Source: the human T2T-CHM13v2.0 reference genome, Homo sapiens. Taken from it: DNA of 64,000 bases. The stretch lies in the NCBI RefSeq assembly GCF_009914755.1, contig NC_060926.1; one strand, given 5' to 3'. Position numbers and translations under genes: made by a program. Below are positions 42,715-57,999 of the stretch, in pieces. The first letter of the stretch is position 1. Every line of letters begins with the position of its first letter. The notes under the pieces are model-generated. The model made no database searches. It was given only the letters and a program-made list of their open reading frames with translations, and was not told where the DNA came from.

Positions 42715-44287
42715 GAAGTCAATGGAGAATTTACCTCCTAAACAGGAAAATGATTTGTGCCTAAAAGGAAGGAAGAAGAACCTCCTCTTTGTTGAGGGGA
42801 AAAGTCCATAACACAGGAGTGCTTGGACCCAAGTACACAAATATAAGAACCCTTCTAGGAAAACACGAGCTGGGGAAGCAGTTTCTCTTTGCTATTTTGT
42901 GAGAAAATAAATGCCAAACAAATAGGAAAAAAAATCCAAGGAAAGGGGTGCCACTAGAGATGGGGAGAGAGATTAGGAGCTGGGGAAACCCAGTCTTGGA
43001 GAGATGACACCATTTTCTGCAGCTCCAGGCGGTTCCAGCTAATGATGGCGTGTAAGCAGAATGTGAATGCAAAGGATGCCAGAAAGTACATAAAAGGCAG
43101 AGGAAGAAGGATCAACATGTTTTGCTGCCATTTCCAGGAAAGGGATGGTGTCCCCAGCAGCCTCCCACAGTAGATGACCAGAAAAAAAAGCAAACACAAA
43201 TAACACTCATTGAAAATCCTAGTCCTGACTCCTGTGTTTCACTGCACATCCTCCCTCAAATCCTGGCTGCAAACCAGCCCAGCCACTTGAAGCAGTGTTG
43301 GCAGCTTGCTCTCTCTTGGCATGGAGTATGCATGGCAGCTGGATGGCTTGTAGTCAGTGTAGTTTTGCAGCTGGTGGTGGTAGCAATTGGCAAAAACTAA
43401 CTGTCCAGATGGGCATTAAATTTTCTTTAATGTTTATAATATGTCAAAAGAGAATAATCCTATGTCAAAGTGGCTTAGAAGAACTTTTACTCAGGAGCTT
43501 ACAGAAATTCCTTTTTGACAAAATGGAGGTTGCTTTATTTCAATTCCATATGTGAGTCTTATTCCTTAATTCATTTGGGGTGCTCCTCCACAGTGGAATA
43601 TCCTTGGCTAAAGGGGGCTGGGGAAGTCTCCAACCTATTCCTTTTCTTGAGTTCCTCACAATTCGCTGATCACTAGCCAACATTCAGCAAAACAGGCACA
43701 GGGTGTGAGCTGGGGGTCCAAAAGGAAAATAATGTTTTATTCTGGAATTTTTATGATCCTCAGAGGGACCAGTACCATTCAGGTAACATTATAAAATTAG
43801 GAGGGAAGTAATAACTACGTTGTATAGAGGAAAGAGAACTGGAAAAAAAAAATTTTCAGACATATAAAACAGGCAAGGGTTTAATATATGAAATATTTAT
43901 TTTAAAATTGCTATAAATAAATGAGAAAACAAACAAATAACTTATTTTTAAAACACACTCAGGGTATGGATATGCAATTCATAGAATTGGAGATTCAGGT
44001 GCCCTGTATAGTTAAGAAATTATGATAAAACTCATTAGTGGTCAGGGAAAAGCAAGAGGCCATTCCCACCAAAAAAAAAAAAAAAAGAACTGGGGAAACA
44101 AAGACCCTCATACTTCATACACTGCTGGGGTGATTGTAATCAGTATAGCCACTTTGGAGGATAATTTCTTAGTATCCATAAATTTAAAATGCACACACCG
44201 CATCTCCCAGCAAATCCTTCCCTCCCACTGGCTCCCATGCAAAACCATTCACAAGTATACAAGAAGTCTATGCATTGATACCCATAA

Positions 44288-44474
44288 CAGCTGCACAACT
44301 CAAAGTAAGGTTCTTGGACCACTAGCATACGCATCCCCTGAAAGCTTGTAGGAAATGGGGTAGGGGTTTCATCTCAGAACAAATTAATCAGAGTATGTGG
44401 AGATGGGCCCCAAAAATCTATTTTAACAAGCCCCTCAGGGGATTCTGATGCTCACAAAATTTTGAGAAGCACTG
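44288..44474. mobile_element. MER5A-like hAT-Charlie element
   Basis: 'ctcaaagtaaggttcttggaccactagcat...ttttaacaagcccctcaggggattctgatgc...tttgagaagcactg'. Confidence 0.85.
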
Positions 44475-44704
44475 TGTCAAAACATTGTTTGTACTGGAGG
44501 GAAAATGAAAACAAGCTAACTGTCCATCATCTACCATGGCTTACCATATTACAAAAAATTAACCTAGAGTTTAAAAGAATGGGGTAGATATGTGTGGATC
44601 CAGAAAAACACTGAAGAACAAAATGTACAGTGTAATATTTGTTTTTAAAAAAGAAACTACAAAACAAAGCCATACATTTCTAAATGTACATTTCTACATG
44701 TAAA

Positions 44705-44795
44705 TCTGTGTATGTGTGTGTAATATATATGTATTATATGTGTATATATATTTGTGTGTGTATATATATATATACACATATGTATGTGTGTGTGC
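44705..44795. repeat. Mixed (TG)/(TA) low-complexity repeat
   Basis: Read directly from the sequence. Confidence 0.9.
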
Positions 44796-46331
44796 AGCAC
44801 TCATCAAAAAGTCCAGAGTAGATACACCAATTGATAAATGTGCTTAATTCTGGTGAAAATACTGGGATTAGGATGGTGGTCAAGGAAAACTATGGCTTTT
44901 TCCTTATCATTTGTTGTTTTTTTTTTTGTAACAAAAATTCATATAGGTATTATTTGTGAAAACATTTGTCTTCCTTTTTTTTTAATTTTAAGAAAGAGCA
45001 CTCCCTGCGAGTTAGGAGATTTGGATTCTAGACCACCTAGCTGTGTTACCTTGGGAGTCCCAGCCTCCATGACTTCAGATTCCTAGCCTGCCAAACAGAG
45101 GAATTAGGCCAGTTAACCCCGAAGTCCTTTTATTCAGCTGTATCATACTATGATTCTTCCAAGAGTCTTGGTGTGAAAATCAGGTCACTTAATAAACCTA
45201 ACCAAAGCAATAAACAGAAACATGTATGTGTATATCTAAATCTATGTCTGTATTTGTCCTTTGAAGAAATAGTTAATAATGATAATACTTCCACATGTCA
45301 TCATAGGACAAATGACTTGCATGAGATACCCTGCCTTTAAATATTGCTGTGGCTGTGAGAAGCTCATTTTTAAAATAAACATTAGAAACCTGATAAAACC
45401 AATTGTTTCTCAAAGTTTTCTAGGGATCTGAATTTAAATGGATCTTTAGGTCCCTAGTTTCAGTAGCATCAGTATGTGAACATAAACAACATGGCCACAC
45501 CATCCTAGCAGAATGCACTGGTCCAGACAATAATCATGCATGTGGACAGCTCGTAATTGTATTGGGCATATAGATGGTGTCAGGCCAAAGAGCTATAATG
45601 ATCGTATCATGTTTTGATTCTAACAGGAAAAGTAGGGATTTATGTCAATCACTCTGTATATCTTCAATATCGTATATCACCTTTGAACATTAAAAAAGAT
45701 TAGGAACTTGTTTCATGTGTGAATCTGGATTTGTTTTGACCAAGATATAGAGAAATCTGAATAAACCAGAATTCTGGGGGTGGAGCGGGGGAGTCGTAAG
45801 GAAGAATCTTGATTAAATCAGAACTAAAAAAAAAAAAACAAAAAACTCTACTAAAAACCAAACAGTAAGGCAAAGCTAATTACAAAGTTCAGCCAACCCA
45901 ACTTTCCCATAACAGAGAGAAAGTTCTGCTTTCTTGATCATATGCAGTATTCAAACATAGCAGTTAACTGGAAAGAGGTTCAGAGCTTATTGACAACCCT
46001 GTCATTTACAACCAGTTAATGACAAATTTGGGACTGGAATCTACTTTTCCTCTCCCTTAGGCCAGGGCTCCTTCCGGAGTGTAAACCAAACAAACACAAA
46101 TGCCTTTAACACCTTGTATATAAGAGGGTGAGTCAGTCCAATTTTATAAACAAATTATTTTTGAAAAACAGAGTTAAACACTTTTTATTGTATATCTTTA
46201 AAATGAATTTTTAAAAGATACATGGGGAAACATTCTTTTACAAATGTAAATGCAATATACCCTCTATTTAGAATTTAGTAATTCTGGGTATGGTATAATT
46301 TTCCATCTTTTTAAAAAGAATTAAATGGTAC

Positions 46332-46757
46332 TGTGTGTTGGTTTTCCTCCATGAGTCACCCCAGATCCATTCTGTGGATTGCTCTGCCCTCCTCTGGTTC
46401 CTGGATGTCGACCTCGCAACAGCACTTGCCTTTAGGCTTGGTTGCGCTTGTCCACTGGGAATAAGGGAAGGAGAGATTAGTATTTGGAAGAGAAAGAGTG
46501 GTTGAGGCCTTACCCCTCTCCACTCAACCCCCATTCCTTTCCTTGCTTCACTGTCTGGCTGACAGTAGCTACCTGGCAGCTGTCTTCCAAGGCTTCACGT
46601 TCTCTGGGTTCTGGTGACAGTGATCCCTAAGTCACTTGCTCTCACTTATTGGTGCCTTTGACCCAGCCCACGCCTCTGTAAGTAGTCCCTTCACTACTCT
46701 TTCAGTTAATCGTTTGAATGTTCCATCAGTTTCTTGCCAGGACCCTGACTGCTCCCT
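46332..46757 (+). mobile_element. LTR33-like ERVL LTR
   Basis: 'ccccagatccattct...ttgcctttaggcttggttg...cctctgtaagtagtcccttcact...gccaggaccctgactg'. Confidence 0.7.
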
Positions 46758-46789
46758 GCACAGAGTAAGAAGCCTGCAGGTATCCATGA

Positions 46790-47325
46790 ATATTCTGGTG
46801 TAATGACAGCAACTGGTAAATGAAGGCTCATGCCACTCCTGAATAAATCCCAGCCAGGGCCACATCAGGTCCTGCACAACCCACATCTGCCTCTCTGCAT
46901 GCTCTGTCCCTGTTGGCAGAGGCGATCTGCCATGGACCTGAGCATGCTGCCTGTTCTCACTGTGTACGTCGAAAATGCAAGACTCTGGCCACCCTTGACC
47001 CAGGCTGGTTGGATGAGATTACGTCTCTCTCCAAGACAAAAAGAACAATCTTGCTTCCCACTTGCCATAAATAGAGCAGTGGATTCCTGATCTCGATGTT
47101 TCTCAGCTGGACACATCTCAGTGAGTACATGCCTCCCACCTGGCCCATCTGTTGCCCTCCTGGGACTTTGGAGACAAATGAAACTGAGGAAAACCTGATG
47201 CTCAATATTGCTGGCTGTGCTATGAGCCTAACCCAGGAGCCTCATGTCATCTTCTGGTATCCATGAAATAGTAACAGGCTAATTTATGAGCTTGTAAGTA
47301 GGGTAAAATCCCAAGCCCCAACATC
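46790..47325 (+). mobile_element. ERVL LTR (LTR40/41-like)
   Basis: 3' end 'cccaggagcctcatgtcatcttctggtatccatgaaa...caggctaatttatgagcttgtaagtagggtaaaatc'. Confidence 0.6.
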
Positions 47326-47570
47326 TTCATCCACTACACCCCAGCCATGCTGTCTTCCTGGGTCCTGTCTTCAGGATTTTGTACTTTCTGTGACTTTCAT
47401 GTGGGGTGCTCAGTCCCAAGTCTTCACATGTCTGTTCTGACTTTTCTCAAGCCTCAGGTCACTTACCTCCTCAGAAGCCGCCCTCAGAACCTGATCAAAA
47501 GTTGTTCTATTTTATTTTCTTCTTAACATTGTTTACTATCTCACATTATCTTTCAGTTATTTGTTTAATG

Positions 47571-48096
<526 letters not shown>

Positions 48097-49456
48097 GTTT
48101 AATGCTTATCTTTCCCCTACTGAAAAATAAGTTCCAGGAAAACTGGGGTCTCTTCTGTCTTGTTCTCTGCTGTCTCTCCAGAACTTAGATAGTGTTGGCC
48201 CAGTAAAATAGCACAAATGGATATTTAACAAGTAAATAAATAATTCATTTATGAATAAATGAATGAGTTTTTGCAATGTTACCCTTTATTGTGTGATAGT
48301 ATACACTCTGACTTTCAGGTGCCTTATCTGTACAACGGCAATAAGAAACTAATCTGCCTATGTCATATATATTATATCACATATACAGTTATATCTATCA
48401 TATAATTGTACATTTATATATAGTAGCATATTTCACCTTATAGGTTATATATAACAATCAAGTGAGATAAGGTAATAGCATCCTGAAAACTGCAAGGACA
48501 ACATCATTCCTGTAAAATGCAAGGTTCAGTGTTAACATAAAAGCACACATTTGGGGTCAATCTTAACATTTTCTGCTTTGTAATATCACTTAGAGAAATC
48601 ACATACTTGTCATGAGATGCATGTTCAATGCAGTCAATTAAACAGGGAGTTATAAAAAAGTGAAGGAGTGAAAGAGACATTTCTCAATACATCTAGTTCT
48701 AAGTAACAACACATTACTATCTTCTGACCAAAAAGCACTGCTCAGGGCCCATCCGGTTCTAAGTCACTACAATTATAGAGACGTCATGCAGAGATGACAA
48801 TGCTCCAGTGGTTTCCAGGGCTTCACCCTTACTAATGAGGTAGATTCCACAGACCATGCAGGAAAACCAGGCTCCTTGCTGGATGCTCCAGGGGCTCTGA
48901 GCGTTCACACTGTCCTCTCCCCCAGCGTGACTTGTAGTGTGCACCAAGTTTTGCAGAGCCTTTTACAATGTGGGTGATTTGCATTCTCCCAAAACACATC
49001 TGATATAGTATTACAAGGGTGGGAGGGGACAGGGGATTCCCTGCCTTAAATATTTTTATGTAGCCCCCACCACCTGGAGGTTCACTGGGGATCTTCATAG
49101 AAGAAATAATGAAGCCTTCCTCAGCCTCCTCCCAGCTCCCTACTCACCTTTCCCCAAGCTCCCACTTACCCACCTGTGTTTCCTGCCTGGATCTGCCAGA
49201 GCTCTTACTTGTTTCTGGTAGTCCTGTCCAGGGATGAGACAACTTGGGGATTTGAATGCCGAGACTATTTCATAGGGAAGGACCTCTCCCCCTATTCAAT
49301 GCCAAGAAGAAAAATCTCAAAATTTCTGGCATCAGAGACTTTATAAACTTTAAGGATTTACAGTCAGACTGGTGAAATCCCTGTGAAAATTTGAAGTAAA
49401 TTATGTCTAAGAGAAGTTTCCTCATCTGTCAAATGACAATGTTGGAATATTTATTT

Positions 49457-49760
<304 letters not shown>

Positions 49761-49774
49761 TGGAATATTTATTT

Positions 49775-50065
49775 AACAAATATTGTCATGGCACGTACTG
49801 TGCACTAGACAATCTCCAAAGGGATACACATTACTAAAACATGGCTAAGTTACTAAAACACTACCAAATTACTAAAACATTACTTTGTTTAATACTCACA
49901 AGGCAAGCACTATTATTACCCCCATTCTGCCGATGAAAAAAACTTGAGGCAGAGAAAAGTGAAGTAACCTGCCCAAAATCATGCAGATGACAAAGCAGCA
50001 GACCTGGACTCTGGACCCAGGAAGCCCGGCTCTGGGGCCTTCTGTTAGCGTTTGTACCATGCTGC
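49775..50065 (-). mobile_element. MIR SINE
   Basis: 'tattattaccccattctgccgatgaaaaaaacttgaggcagagaaaagtgaagtaacctgcccaaaatca'. Confidence 0.75.
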
Positions 50066-50714
50066 CACTTAGACTATCACCAAAGTCATATGCTGTGCTA
50101 ATATTCGTGATTCAGCTCCCCCAAAGCCTTCATTTTTGTCACATTGGAACATGAATATTCATAAAGTACAGTGGTTATTTGGCCAGATTCTCTCTACTTC
50201 CTACCTTATAAGTTGCTTTCTGAGTAAGTGCAGGAGTCAGGACTCTTCTGTGAAATGCCTGGAGAGGTAGTAAAAGCTGCCTCTTCCCTGAGTCCAGCGA
50301 AATCGGAGGACTCTGGCCTTTTACCGGAGCAGAATTACTAGAATGCTGTAAAGAAAATGTCCACAGTGCCCCTAGGCATGTGAAACCTGGAATCCAGATG
50401 AGCTTTCTGTTGTGACTACTCTGCACAAATAGGACCTTCCAAGACCCTGTGTCATGTGCCCCAGCTCTCCTCCTGCACCCGCTTCCCTACTCCCCCTGAC
50501 CCAGGCATTCAGACCTTCGCACACAGCCATTGTGAAGCTTTCTCAAGTCATCTAAGTACAGACTTAGTGGTCTGAGTGCCTCATAGTAAACCTCAGTGCC
50601 ACTCATGGGTAAACAGCCCACAACTAGGACCTGAGTATGTGGGCCTTCTTTCGCCCATCTCAAGATCAGCAAGGGGGAATTCAATCCCAAAATATTCAAC
50701 ATCAAAAAATAACA

Positions 50715-51050
50715 TGAGGAGGAATGAATAGGCAGTGCACAGATGATTTTTAGGTAAGTAAAACTATTATGTAAGATACTATATTGGTGGCTGCATACCA
50801 TTATGCATTTGTCAAAACCCATGGACTGTACAACACCAAGAGTGAACCCGAATGTTAACGATGAACTTGACATGATAATGTGTCAATGTAGGTTCATCAA
50901 TTGTAACAAACGTACCACTCTGTGGGGGGAATGTTGATAATGGGGTAGGCTGGGAGCAGGGGAGCAAGAAGTATATGGGAACTCTGTACTTAGTGCTCAA
51001 TTTTCCTGCAAAGCTACAACTGCTCTAAAAATAAAGTCTATTACAAAATA
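50715..51050 (+). mobile_element. L1MC-type 3' end
   Basis: 'tttgtcaaaacccatggactgtacaacaccaagagtgaacc...gtaggttcatcaattgtaacaaa...ctgctctaaaaataaagtctatt'. Confidence 0.9.
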
Positions 51051-51149
51051 ATAGTAATAATATGGACCTTTACTTCAGCCTTGTAAAAGGAGGCAAAAAG
51101 GAAATCCTAGCCTGAAACTACTACCACGTGGCATCTCTTTTTTGTCTTC

Positions 51150-51152
<3 letters not shown>

Positions 51153-51191
<39 letters not shown>

Positions 51192-51460
51192 GGAGATGGC
51201 GTCTCACTAGGTTGGAGTGCAGGGGCGTGATCTCAGCTCACAGCAACCTATCAGGTTCAAGCGATCCTCCCACCTCAACCTCCCGAGTAGCTGGGACCAC
51301 AGGCGTACACTATCATGCCTGGCTTATTTTTTGTATTTTTGGTAGAGACCGGGTTTCACCGTGTTGCCCAGCCCGGTCTCAAACTCCTGAGCTCAGGCAA
51401 TCCACCTGCTTCACTTTCCCAAAGTACTGGGATTACAGGTGTGAGCCACTGTGTCTGGCC
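51153..51460 (-). mobile_element. Alu (J/old S) with (TA)n plus poly-T tail
   Basis: Dimeric Alu with 'tcctgagctcaggcaatcc'; short TSD cttcatt at 51146-51152 and 51460-51466. Confidence 0.92.
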
Positions 51461-53101
51461 TTCATTCTTTTTTGACTCCAGCCCACCTGCTGTGGTTGTG
51501 ATTCTCCTGCCTTGACACCCTGCTTTCTCTCTGGGTCTCTTTCTCCTTCTCTGTCCCTCTGTCACTGTTTGTTCTAACTACAGGTCCACACACATAGGCA
51601 CACCTCACTCTTAGTGGCAATAAGTCTTTTCTTAAATAAGTCAATCAAGCTTCACTATCTTTGCTACTTTCCTCATTCCCCTCACCCCCATCAGTTCAAC
51701 AGTGTACAGACAACCTGGGCAGGCCAGTGTGAAAACCTCCTTAAAATGTCAAGCTGGAAGTGCTCTCAATGCAATAAAGTGGCATTATAAGTGCAAATAT
51801 AAATTTGAATTGCACACAGTATTAAATTGTGTGGTTTGAGAACAGTGCAATTTTAATAATATTAACACAGCTTCCCATTAGGCACAAATTTTGAAATAAT
51901 GTGTAGCCACCACAAATAAACACTTGTAAAGATTATCTAACTTAAAGCTGACAGGATATATAAATTGTAAACTGAACTGAGACATCATCATAGCCTTCCC
52001 ATATTGGCCTTTGAACAGACACCCACTGTCCTTCAGCATGGTTTCCCTTAAGCTATGGCAGATTTGAATTCCATAAGGAACACATTTTTAGGCCTACATC
52101 TTCTGATTAAATGAGCAGAGTAGTTATACTTTGATAATTTTGTTTCTGCCATATAATTTAGGAATCAGAAATATGTAGATAATCACAACATACTATATTA
52201 ATTGTGGCTTTAATATAGAATGTAATATTTCATTTTCTAAGTAAAGTGTTAAGTATTTTCCAAAGACAGATCAGGTAGCTATGTACAAAACAGTGCTTTT
52301 TTGGTTTATGTGGCCTTGAACTTAAACGTCAGCTTGATGGTTAATGATGTGACTGCTATGTATGCAGATAGTAAAGAAAGTACTCTCTATTGATCAATAA
52401 TATGTCCGATTTAATTGCCCTAGTATTGAATGAAAATCCCTAAAGAATTTTCACTTCCAGCAATGTTTTCTGACTTCCTCTTGGTGTCTAGACAATAATG
52501 ATTTACTGAAATGTGTGGGGAGGAACATACAAAAAGGCCTTAAAAATATACAATATTTCTGGTTATTGAGGTAGGGGAAGTAAGAAAAAACAAAGCAATA
52601 TTTTGGATTAGTACTAAATATCGAGATCAAGCCATTCTGATACAAATAGGATTTAATAATAAAAAGACCCCAATATAAAAAAGTTATATTTGATCAAGAT
52701 GACAATGCCAGGGTGAGAAGTAAGAAGTTTATAAAATCAAAATGATTTTCTATAAAAATTTCTAAGTAAAGTGCCAAATAATCTTTTAGAAAACAAAAAG
52801 ATTCTTGAAAAAACAGATTCTTTTCCATACCAGGTACCATGTTTCTCTGAGTATTTGTGAGTGAGCTTATCAGTTTCAGTTTTCAGGTAGTCTGAGAACT
52901 CAGGGCTTAGAAGCCCTTGAAGCCAGATCTTTTCATAAATAGCTGAATCCTCTCATTTCACAACAGCCAAGAACAGTCAGCTTCTACTTGAATCCCTCCA
53001 GTTATCATCTTACTTTATTTGAGACAGCTTCGTTTGAATTAACTTTCATCTATTGGTATTAACTCAATCTTTTAGGACAATAAAAGAACTGCATTAATTA
53101 A

Positions 53102-53505
53102 TGCCATGGTTTAAATATATGCGTCCCCTCCAAGGTTCATATGTTGGAATGTAAACCCCAAGGTGATGGTATTAAGAGGTAGGGACTTCAGGAGGTGATT
53201 AGGCCATGGGGGATCTGCATTCGTGAATGGGATAAATATCCTTATAAAACAGGCTTCAGAGAGCTGCTTGGTCCTTGCACCTCTTCTCTCTTCTACCACG
53301 TGAGAACATAGCATCTGTCACCTCCAGAAGAAGCAGCAACAGACATGGTCTTGGAAGCAGAGAGCAAGTCCTCACCAGACACCAAATCTGTCAGAACCTT
53401 AATCTTGGACTTCCCAGCCTCAAAAACTGTGAGAAGTAGGTTTCTGTTATTATATATCACCCAGTCTCAAGTATTTTGCAATAGCAACAGGAATAGACTA
53501 AGACA
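53102..53505 (+). mobile_element. MST (MSTC/D-like) MaLR solo LTR
   Basis: tgccatggtttaaatat...'cttggacttcccagcctc...acccagtctcaagtattttg...gactaagaca'. Confidence 0.9.
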
Positions 53506-54654
53506 ATGAGTTTTGCACAATCTAACTTTTAAAACCTCCAGATAAGCAAAGCATGAGTTTTATTTCAATGAATTAAAAGGACAAAGTAAGAAATTTCTCA
53601 ATTAACTGACATTATTGAGTTCTGTATAACCTGAAACATACATATTTAACATTTAGCCCATTTCTAGGCTTGATAAGTAGAGTACAATACAGACAGTGAA
53701 GAGTATTGTGCCTCATTATACATATTCTCGAGAAAGTATAGACTTTTAGAAATATGAAAAGAGATGTAAGACATGGGAATTAATTATACTGATTCCAAAA
53801 TATATTCTGGAAGTTGCAAATTCTTAACAAAAACCAAAATCAATCCTGTGTAAAAGATTGCATTGGGTTCTTATATTTGCATGCCAAAAAATTCTTAATA
53901 TGAGGTTCTTATGCTTAAGATGAGCTTCTTATAAGAACACCACATATTCCCCCGTGAGTTATTACTAGATTAAAGGGGCAACAAGGAGTAAAGAAGTCTT
54001 CTACATCATTTTATGTTTTTATATACTACTACATTTACTACTTTCCAGACAAATGAGCCATTTTACAGTCATCTCAATGCCTTTCTGAAGAAAGGATCTA
54101 CAACCCCACTTAGTTTTAATGGCCCAGAGCAAAATCATGAAGAAGGTAAACTTTGTATTTGACATTTCCCCTTTTCCCATAGTTGAGATTAGTTTTTTTT
54201 TTTAATTAGGAAATCAGAAGGAAGAATAAGGAAGGAAAAGCAGACCAATTAAAGAGTAATGGCAGGTACCTGGTGTGCCAGGACAAGCCAAGAGAAGGCA
54301 AGTTCTAGATGGATGACAGCAAGGTGTGAAATGGAGCATTGGAGGCCTACCAGGGTGAGTTCTCATGTGAAAAGCAAGAGTTCTACTTGTATCATTATTT
54401 GCTGAGGCTCCAGTATTCCCTCCCTCTTTAACACGTACTTGGCTGCTGAGATTGGAGGTAAGAATGAGAAGAGAGGAGCTATTTAAGTTTGTCTCTCCAC
54501 AAAGGAAACGTTTGGATGGGTGGGCATCGTGGGCACCCTCACCATGGCCAGGAATGTTAGGGGGTGTTCTGCAAGCTCTTTCACACACACCCACACTCCT
54601 GCAGCAATCTAATACGGTGCTGCAATCAAGGGGACACTGCTCAGGGGCGGAACA

Positions 54655-55522
54655 TGTGTGATTTCTCTTCCCAACTTGCAAGACTCTACCAAGAGACTTC
54701 CACCATTCATGCTGGTCTCTAGCTGTATCTCTGTGAGCATTCACATCTCCTGCTCTGCTGAGTTCTTCCATTTGCTTCTTCAGACCCATTTTTCATCCTT
54801 TCCCACAGGTGCTGACCTTCACTATCTACCAGAAAAAAATTGAAGGAGTGATGTGGTTTGGCTGTGTTCCCACCCAAATCTCACCTTGAATTGTAATTAT
54901 CCCCACATGTCAGGGGTGGGCCAGGCGGAGATAATTGAATCACGGAGGCAGTTTCCCCCTTACTGTTCTACTAGTCAATAAGTCTCATGAGCTCTGATAG
55001 TTTGATAAAATGGGAGTTCCCCTGCACAAGTCCTCTTGCCTGCCACCATGTAAGACATGACTTTGCTCCTCATCTGCCTTCCACCATGATTTTGAGGCCC
55101 CCCCCAGCCATGTGGAATTGTGAGTCAATTAAATCTCTTTCCTTGATAAATTACTCAGTCTCAAGTATGTCTTTAGTAGCAGTGTGAGAACAGACTAATA
55201 CAAGGAGAGGGAAGAAAGATATTTGGGCATTTTTTTCCCCGATTCCTGCTTGCCAGTGTGCAATCTGTTGGTCTCCAACAATCCTTCTACTGAAGGCTTC
55301 TCCTCCCTTCAGACAGTCAGGTCTGGTTGTGGTCCCCACGCCTACCCCTTGCTATTTCAGGGTGGTCATGGCTCACCACTGTCACTAGCCCAGGGTACAG
55401 CACCACCTGTGTTGGTTTTCCTCAGCCCTGGCAACACCTGTGTAAATGATCTCTTTACTAAACTCTTCTCAGTACCCAGTTTGATTGAATCATCTGTTTC
55501 CTACAAGGAACCTGACTGATTC
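54655..55522 (+). mobile_element. LTR33-like ERVL LTR interrupted by THE1
   Basis: 3' end 'cacctgtgtaaatgatctctttactaaactc...catctgtttcctacaaggaacctgactgattca'; the left boundary is approximate. Confidence 0.55.
54849..55202 (+). mobile_element. THE1 (THE1C-like) solo LTR
   Basis: tgatgtggtttggctgtg...gagaacagactaataca; perfect 5-bp TSD aggag at 54844-54848 and 55203-55207. Confidence 0.95.
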
Positions 55523-55899
55523 AGCCTCCAACCAGGAATGATCTATTCTTTTTTTTTTTAACCTACCCAAATCCTATCTATCCTCTAAAGCTCAGCTCAC
55601 ATTTTCGTTCAAATCTCATCCTCATGCTTGTGCAACTACACTGACGTCTCCCATCTGATGTTCTCTAAGCTCATACTCTACAGCTCCCAATTTGTCCTCT
55701 GTTTCAGGCCTCTTCTTCATCTCAGCACCACCAGTACAGTTGATAACTTTTTTTGCTTATACCCTTACTGCTTGATCCTGTGTTGGCTCAACATTAGGCA
55801 CTCAACAAAAGTATTTCTTGAGCTGTAGCAGTCACTCCTTAGCGATCACACCTTGAAAAGAGGTGTGAGTGCACATTTATCTTAAGAGAGCATGTCACA

Positions 55900-56080
55900 G
55901 GATCACAGGTAAGTCGACTAAGAAGAAACTAGGGAGATAATCTGGCCTAATCTCCCTATTATGGTGATGAGAAAACTAAGGCTTGGAGAGATGACCTAAA
56001 GTCCAACATCGCATAGTCAGTGAGTGGCACATCTGGGGCTCAAAGCCAGAATATTTTTATTACATTCCTTGCTGCCTCTG
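55900..56080 (-). mobile_element. MIR SINE
   Basis: 'gatgagaaaactaaggcttggagag...gtgagtggcacatctggggctcaaagccag'. Confidence 0.65.
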
Positions 56081-57442
56081 ATACCAGTTTTATGTATCTC
56101 AATATCTTCTTATCAAAAATCTACTTCTTCATATCTGAATCCTTAGTATAGCCCTTCCATTTCAAAAACAGCATATATTTGTTCCTCCTGGTGAAATACA
56201 ATTTTCCTGAGCCCCCCAGGGCTGTTAGTTATTCATGCATTATCCTTCACATATCATTTTAAAAATTAACCACCCAGACAAAGACTGGATTCTGTTCTTC
56301 CCTGTGTATCTGGGAAGGGGAGAATAGAGCCCTTTGGCTCTTTACTTCAGTATTCTCAGATAAATTCAGGCAAACACAAAGAGTATTCTGGCCATTGTCT
56401 GCCGCTTCACTCACAGCTACATGCTGAATAGAAAAGGGATCAACTACCCACATTTAAAATATTCATAATTACATACTCTGTCCTACAAGGAGCACCTGGC
56501 TGCCAGCAGATGCACAGAGAGAGCTGCACAGAGCCGTAAGCTCTTACTCTGCTAAGGAATCCAGCCCTGTTAGAGGCTGAGCCCTGGAGTCCTGAATACT
56601 CAGACCAAATGCAAGCTCACAGTACATGTATACAGCACTGAAGGCAAGTTCCTTGTAATGCTTTTACTGGCTTATGTTAGGGATTCTGAGCATGCAATAA
56701 TGAATTTTATTTGCTATTCTGATAGAGAATGACAGGCATGCGCATTCATGGATTAGCCACCTTAGTTTTGCAACATATGAATGTAAAAATTAGCAACTGA
56801 TGACACCATTCCATTGTCACTACGAGTCAACTATAAGACAATAGAGAACATGAAGCCAACGGAGTGCTACCTATGGCTCACGACATGACCCAGAACATCG
56901 CCATGTGGGTTTCAGACAATGAGTATTCTACCCCTTCCCATATCAGACACCATTTAGTGCCATACTTTTTATTACATTAAAGGAGGCTCCATATAAAAAT
57001 GTCAGCAGTATCCAGTTGACTCATGGAATTGAGAACTGTGCATTAGCTGCTGATTTAAATTAATTTTGCTTCTTGAACCATAAAAAATAGTTCTTTGAAC
57101 AAGAATTCATGATAAATACACATGTGTAAAAGACCCTTAATCATAATTATTTTAAATACATAAAACACAGTTTAAGACTCTCAGCCTCATTAATTTCTTA
57201 TGGTATAAAAGAACAAAAGCAAATGGTAAATAGGAAAAGTATGTCATAATTTAAATGTATTATTCATGGTCATTTAGCTCATTAAGTAAAAGATTCTTTA
57301 TAAACTCTAGGCAAAAGATCATTTCCATACCACCCAATGACAGCAAGCAATGTTATGATTTTCTTGTAGAGAACTGGCGTTGTATATCATTTAGATTTTA
57401 AGAGAATACTACCTACAATTAAAGCAGTAGAATTAGAATATA

Positions 57443-57993
57443 CTACTTCCCCCCTTATCCATGGGAGATATGTTCCAAGACTCCAGTGGATGCCTGAATC
57501 TTCTAATAGTACCAAGCTCTGTATACACTATGTTTTATCCTATATATACATACCCATGATAAAGTTTAATTTATAAATTAGATACAGTGAGAGATCAACA
57601 GCAGTAGCTAATAATAAAACTGGACAATTATAACAATATGCCAGCATCACTGCTCTTACACTTTGGGGCCATTATTAAGCAGAATAAGGGTTTCTTAAAC
57701 ACAAACACTGCGATACTGTGAGAGTCAATCTGATAACCAAGGTGTCTTCTAAGTGACTAATGAGCATGTGGCATAGACAGTGTGGATATGCTAGACAAAG
57801 GGATGATTCACATCTGGAGCAGGACAAAGCAGGATGGCAGGAGATTTTATCACACTACTTAGAGTAGCATACAACTTAAAGCTTATAAATTGTTTATCTC
57901 TGGAACTTTCCACCTAATGTTTTTGCACCACCGTTGACTAACAGTAACCAAAACTTCGGAAAGCGAAACTGCAGATAAGGGAGACAACTGCTG
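57443..57993. mobile_element. MER44B-like (Tigger7-derived) TcMar DNA transposon
   Basis: TIRs 'ccccccttatcc...' / '...gcagataagggagacaactgctg'; flanked by TA; ~550 bp. Confidence 0.9.
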
Positions 57994-57999
57994 TAATTG

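Larger units (their letters stand above)
43830..44965 (+). mobile_element. Old L1 (L1ME-like) 3' region, interrupted by MER5A
   Basis: 'catacactgctgggg...gtatagccactttggag...cccagcaaatcc...aaacattgtttgtac...aactgtccatca'. Confidence 0.65.

Noticed and set aside
49831-49879. Three copies of TTACTAAAACA with 8-nt variable spacers (CRISPR-like look)
   Set aside because: Repeat and spacers are far too short, there are no cas genes, and it lies in human DNA inside a MIR; a decayed 19-bp minisatellite.
54214-54789. 191-aa ATG ORF on the minus strand
   Set aside because: Begins within an LTR33-like relic, has no recognisable motif and no splice or promoter support; within chance expectation for 64 kb.
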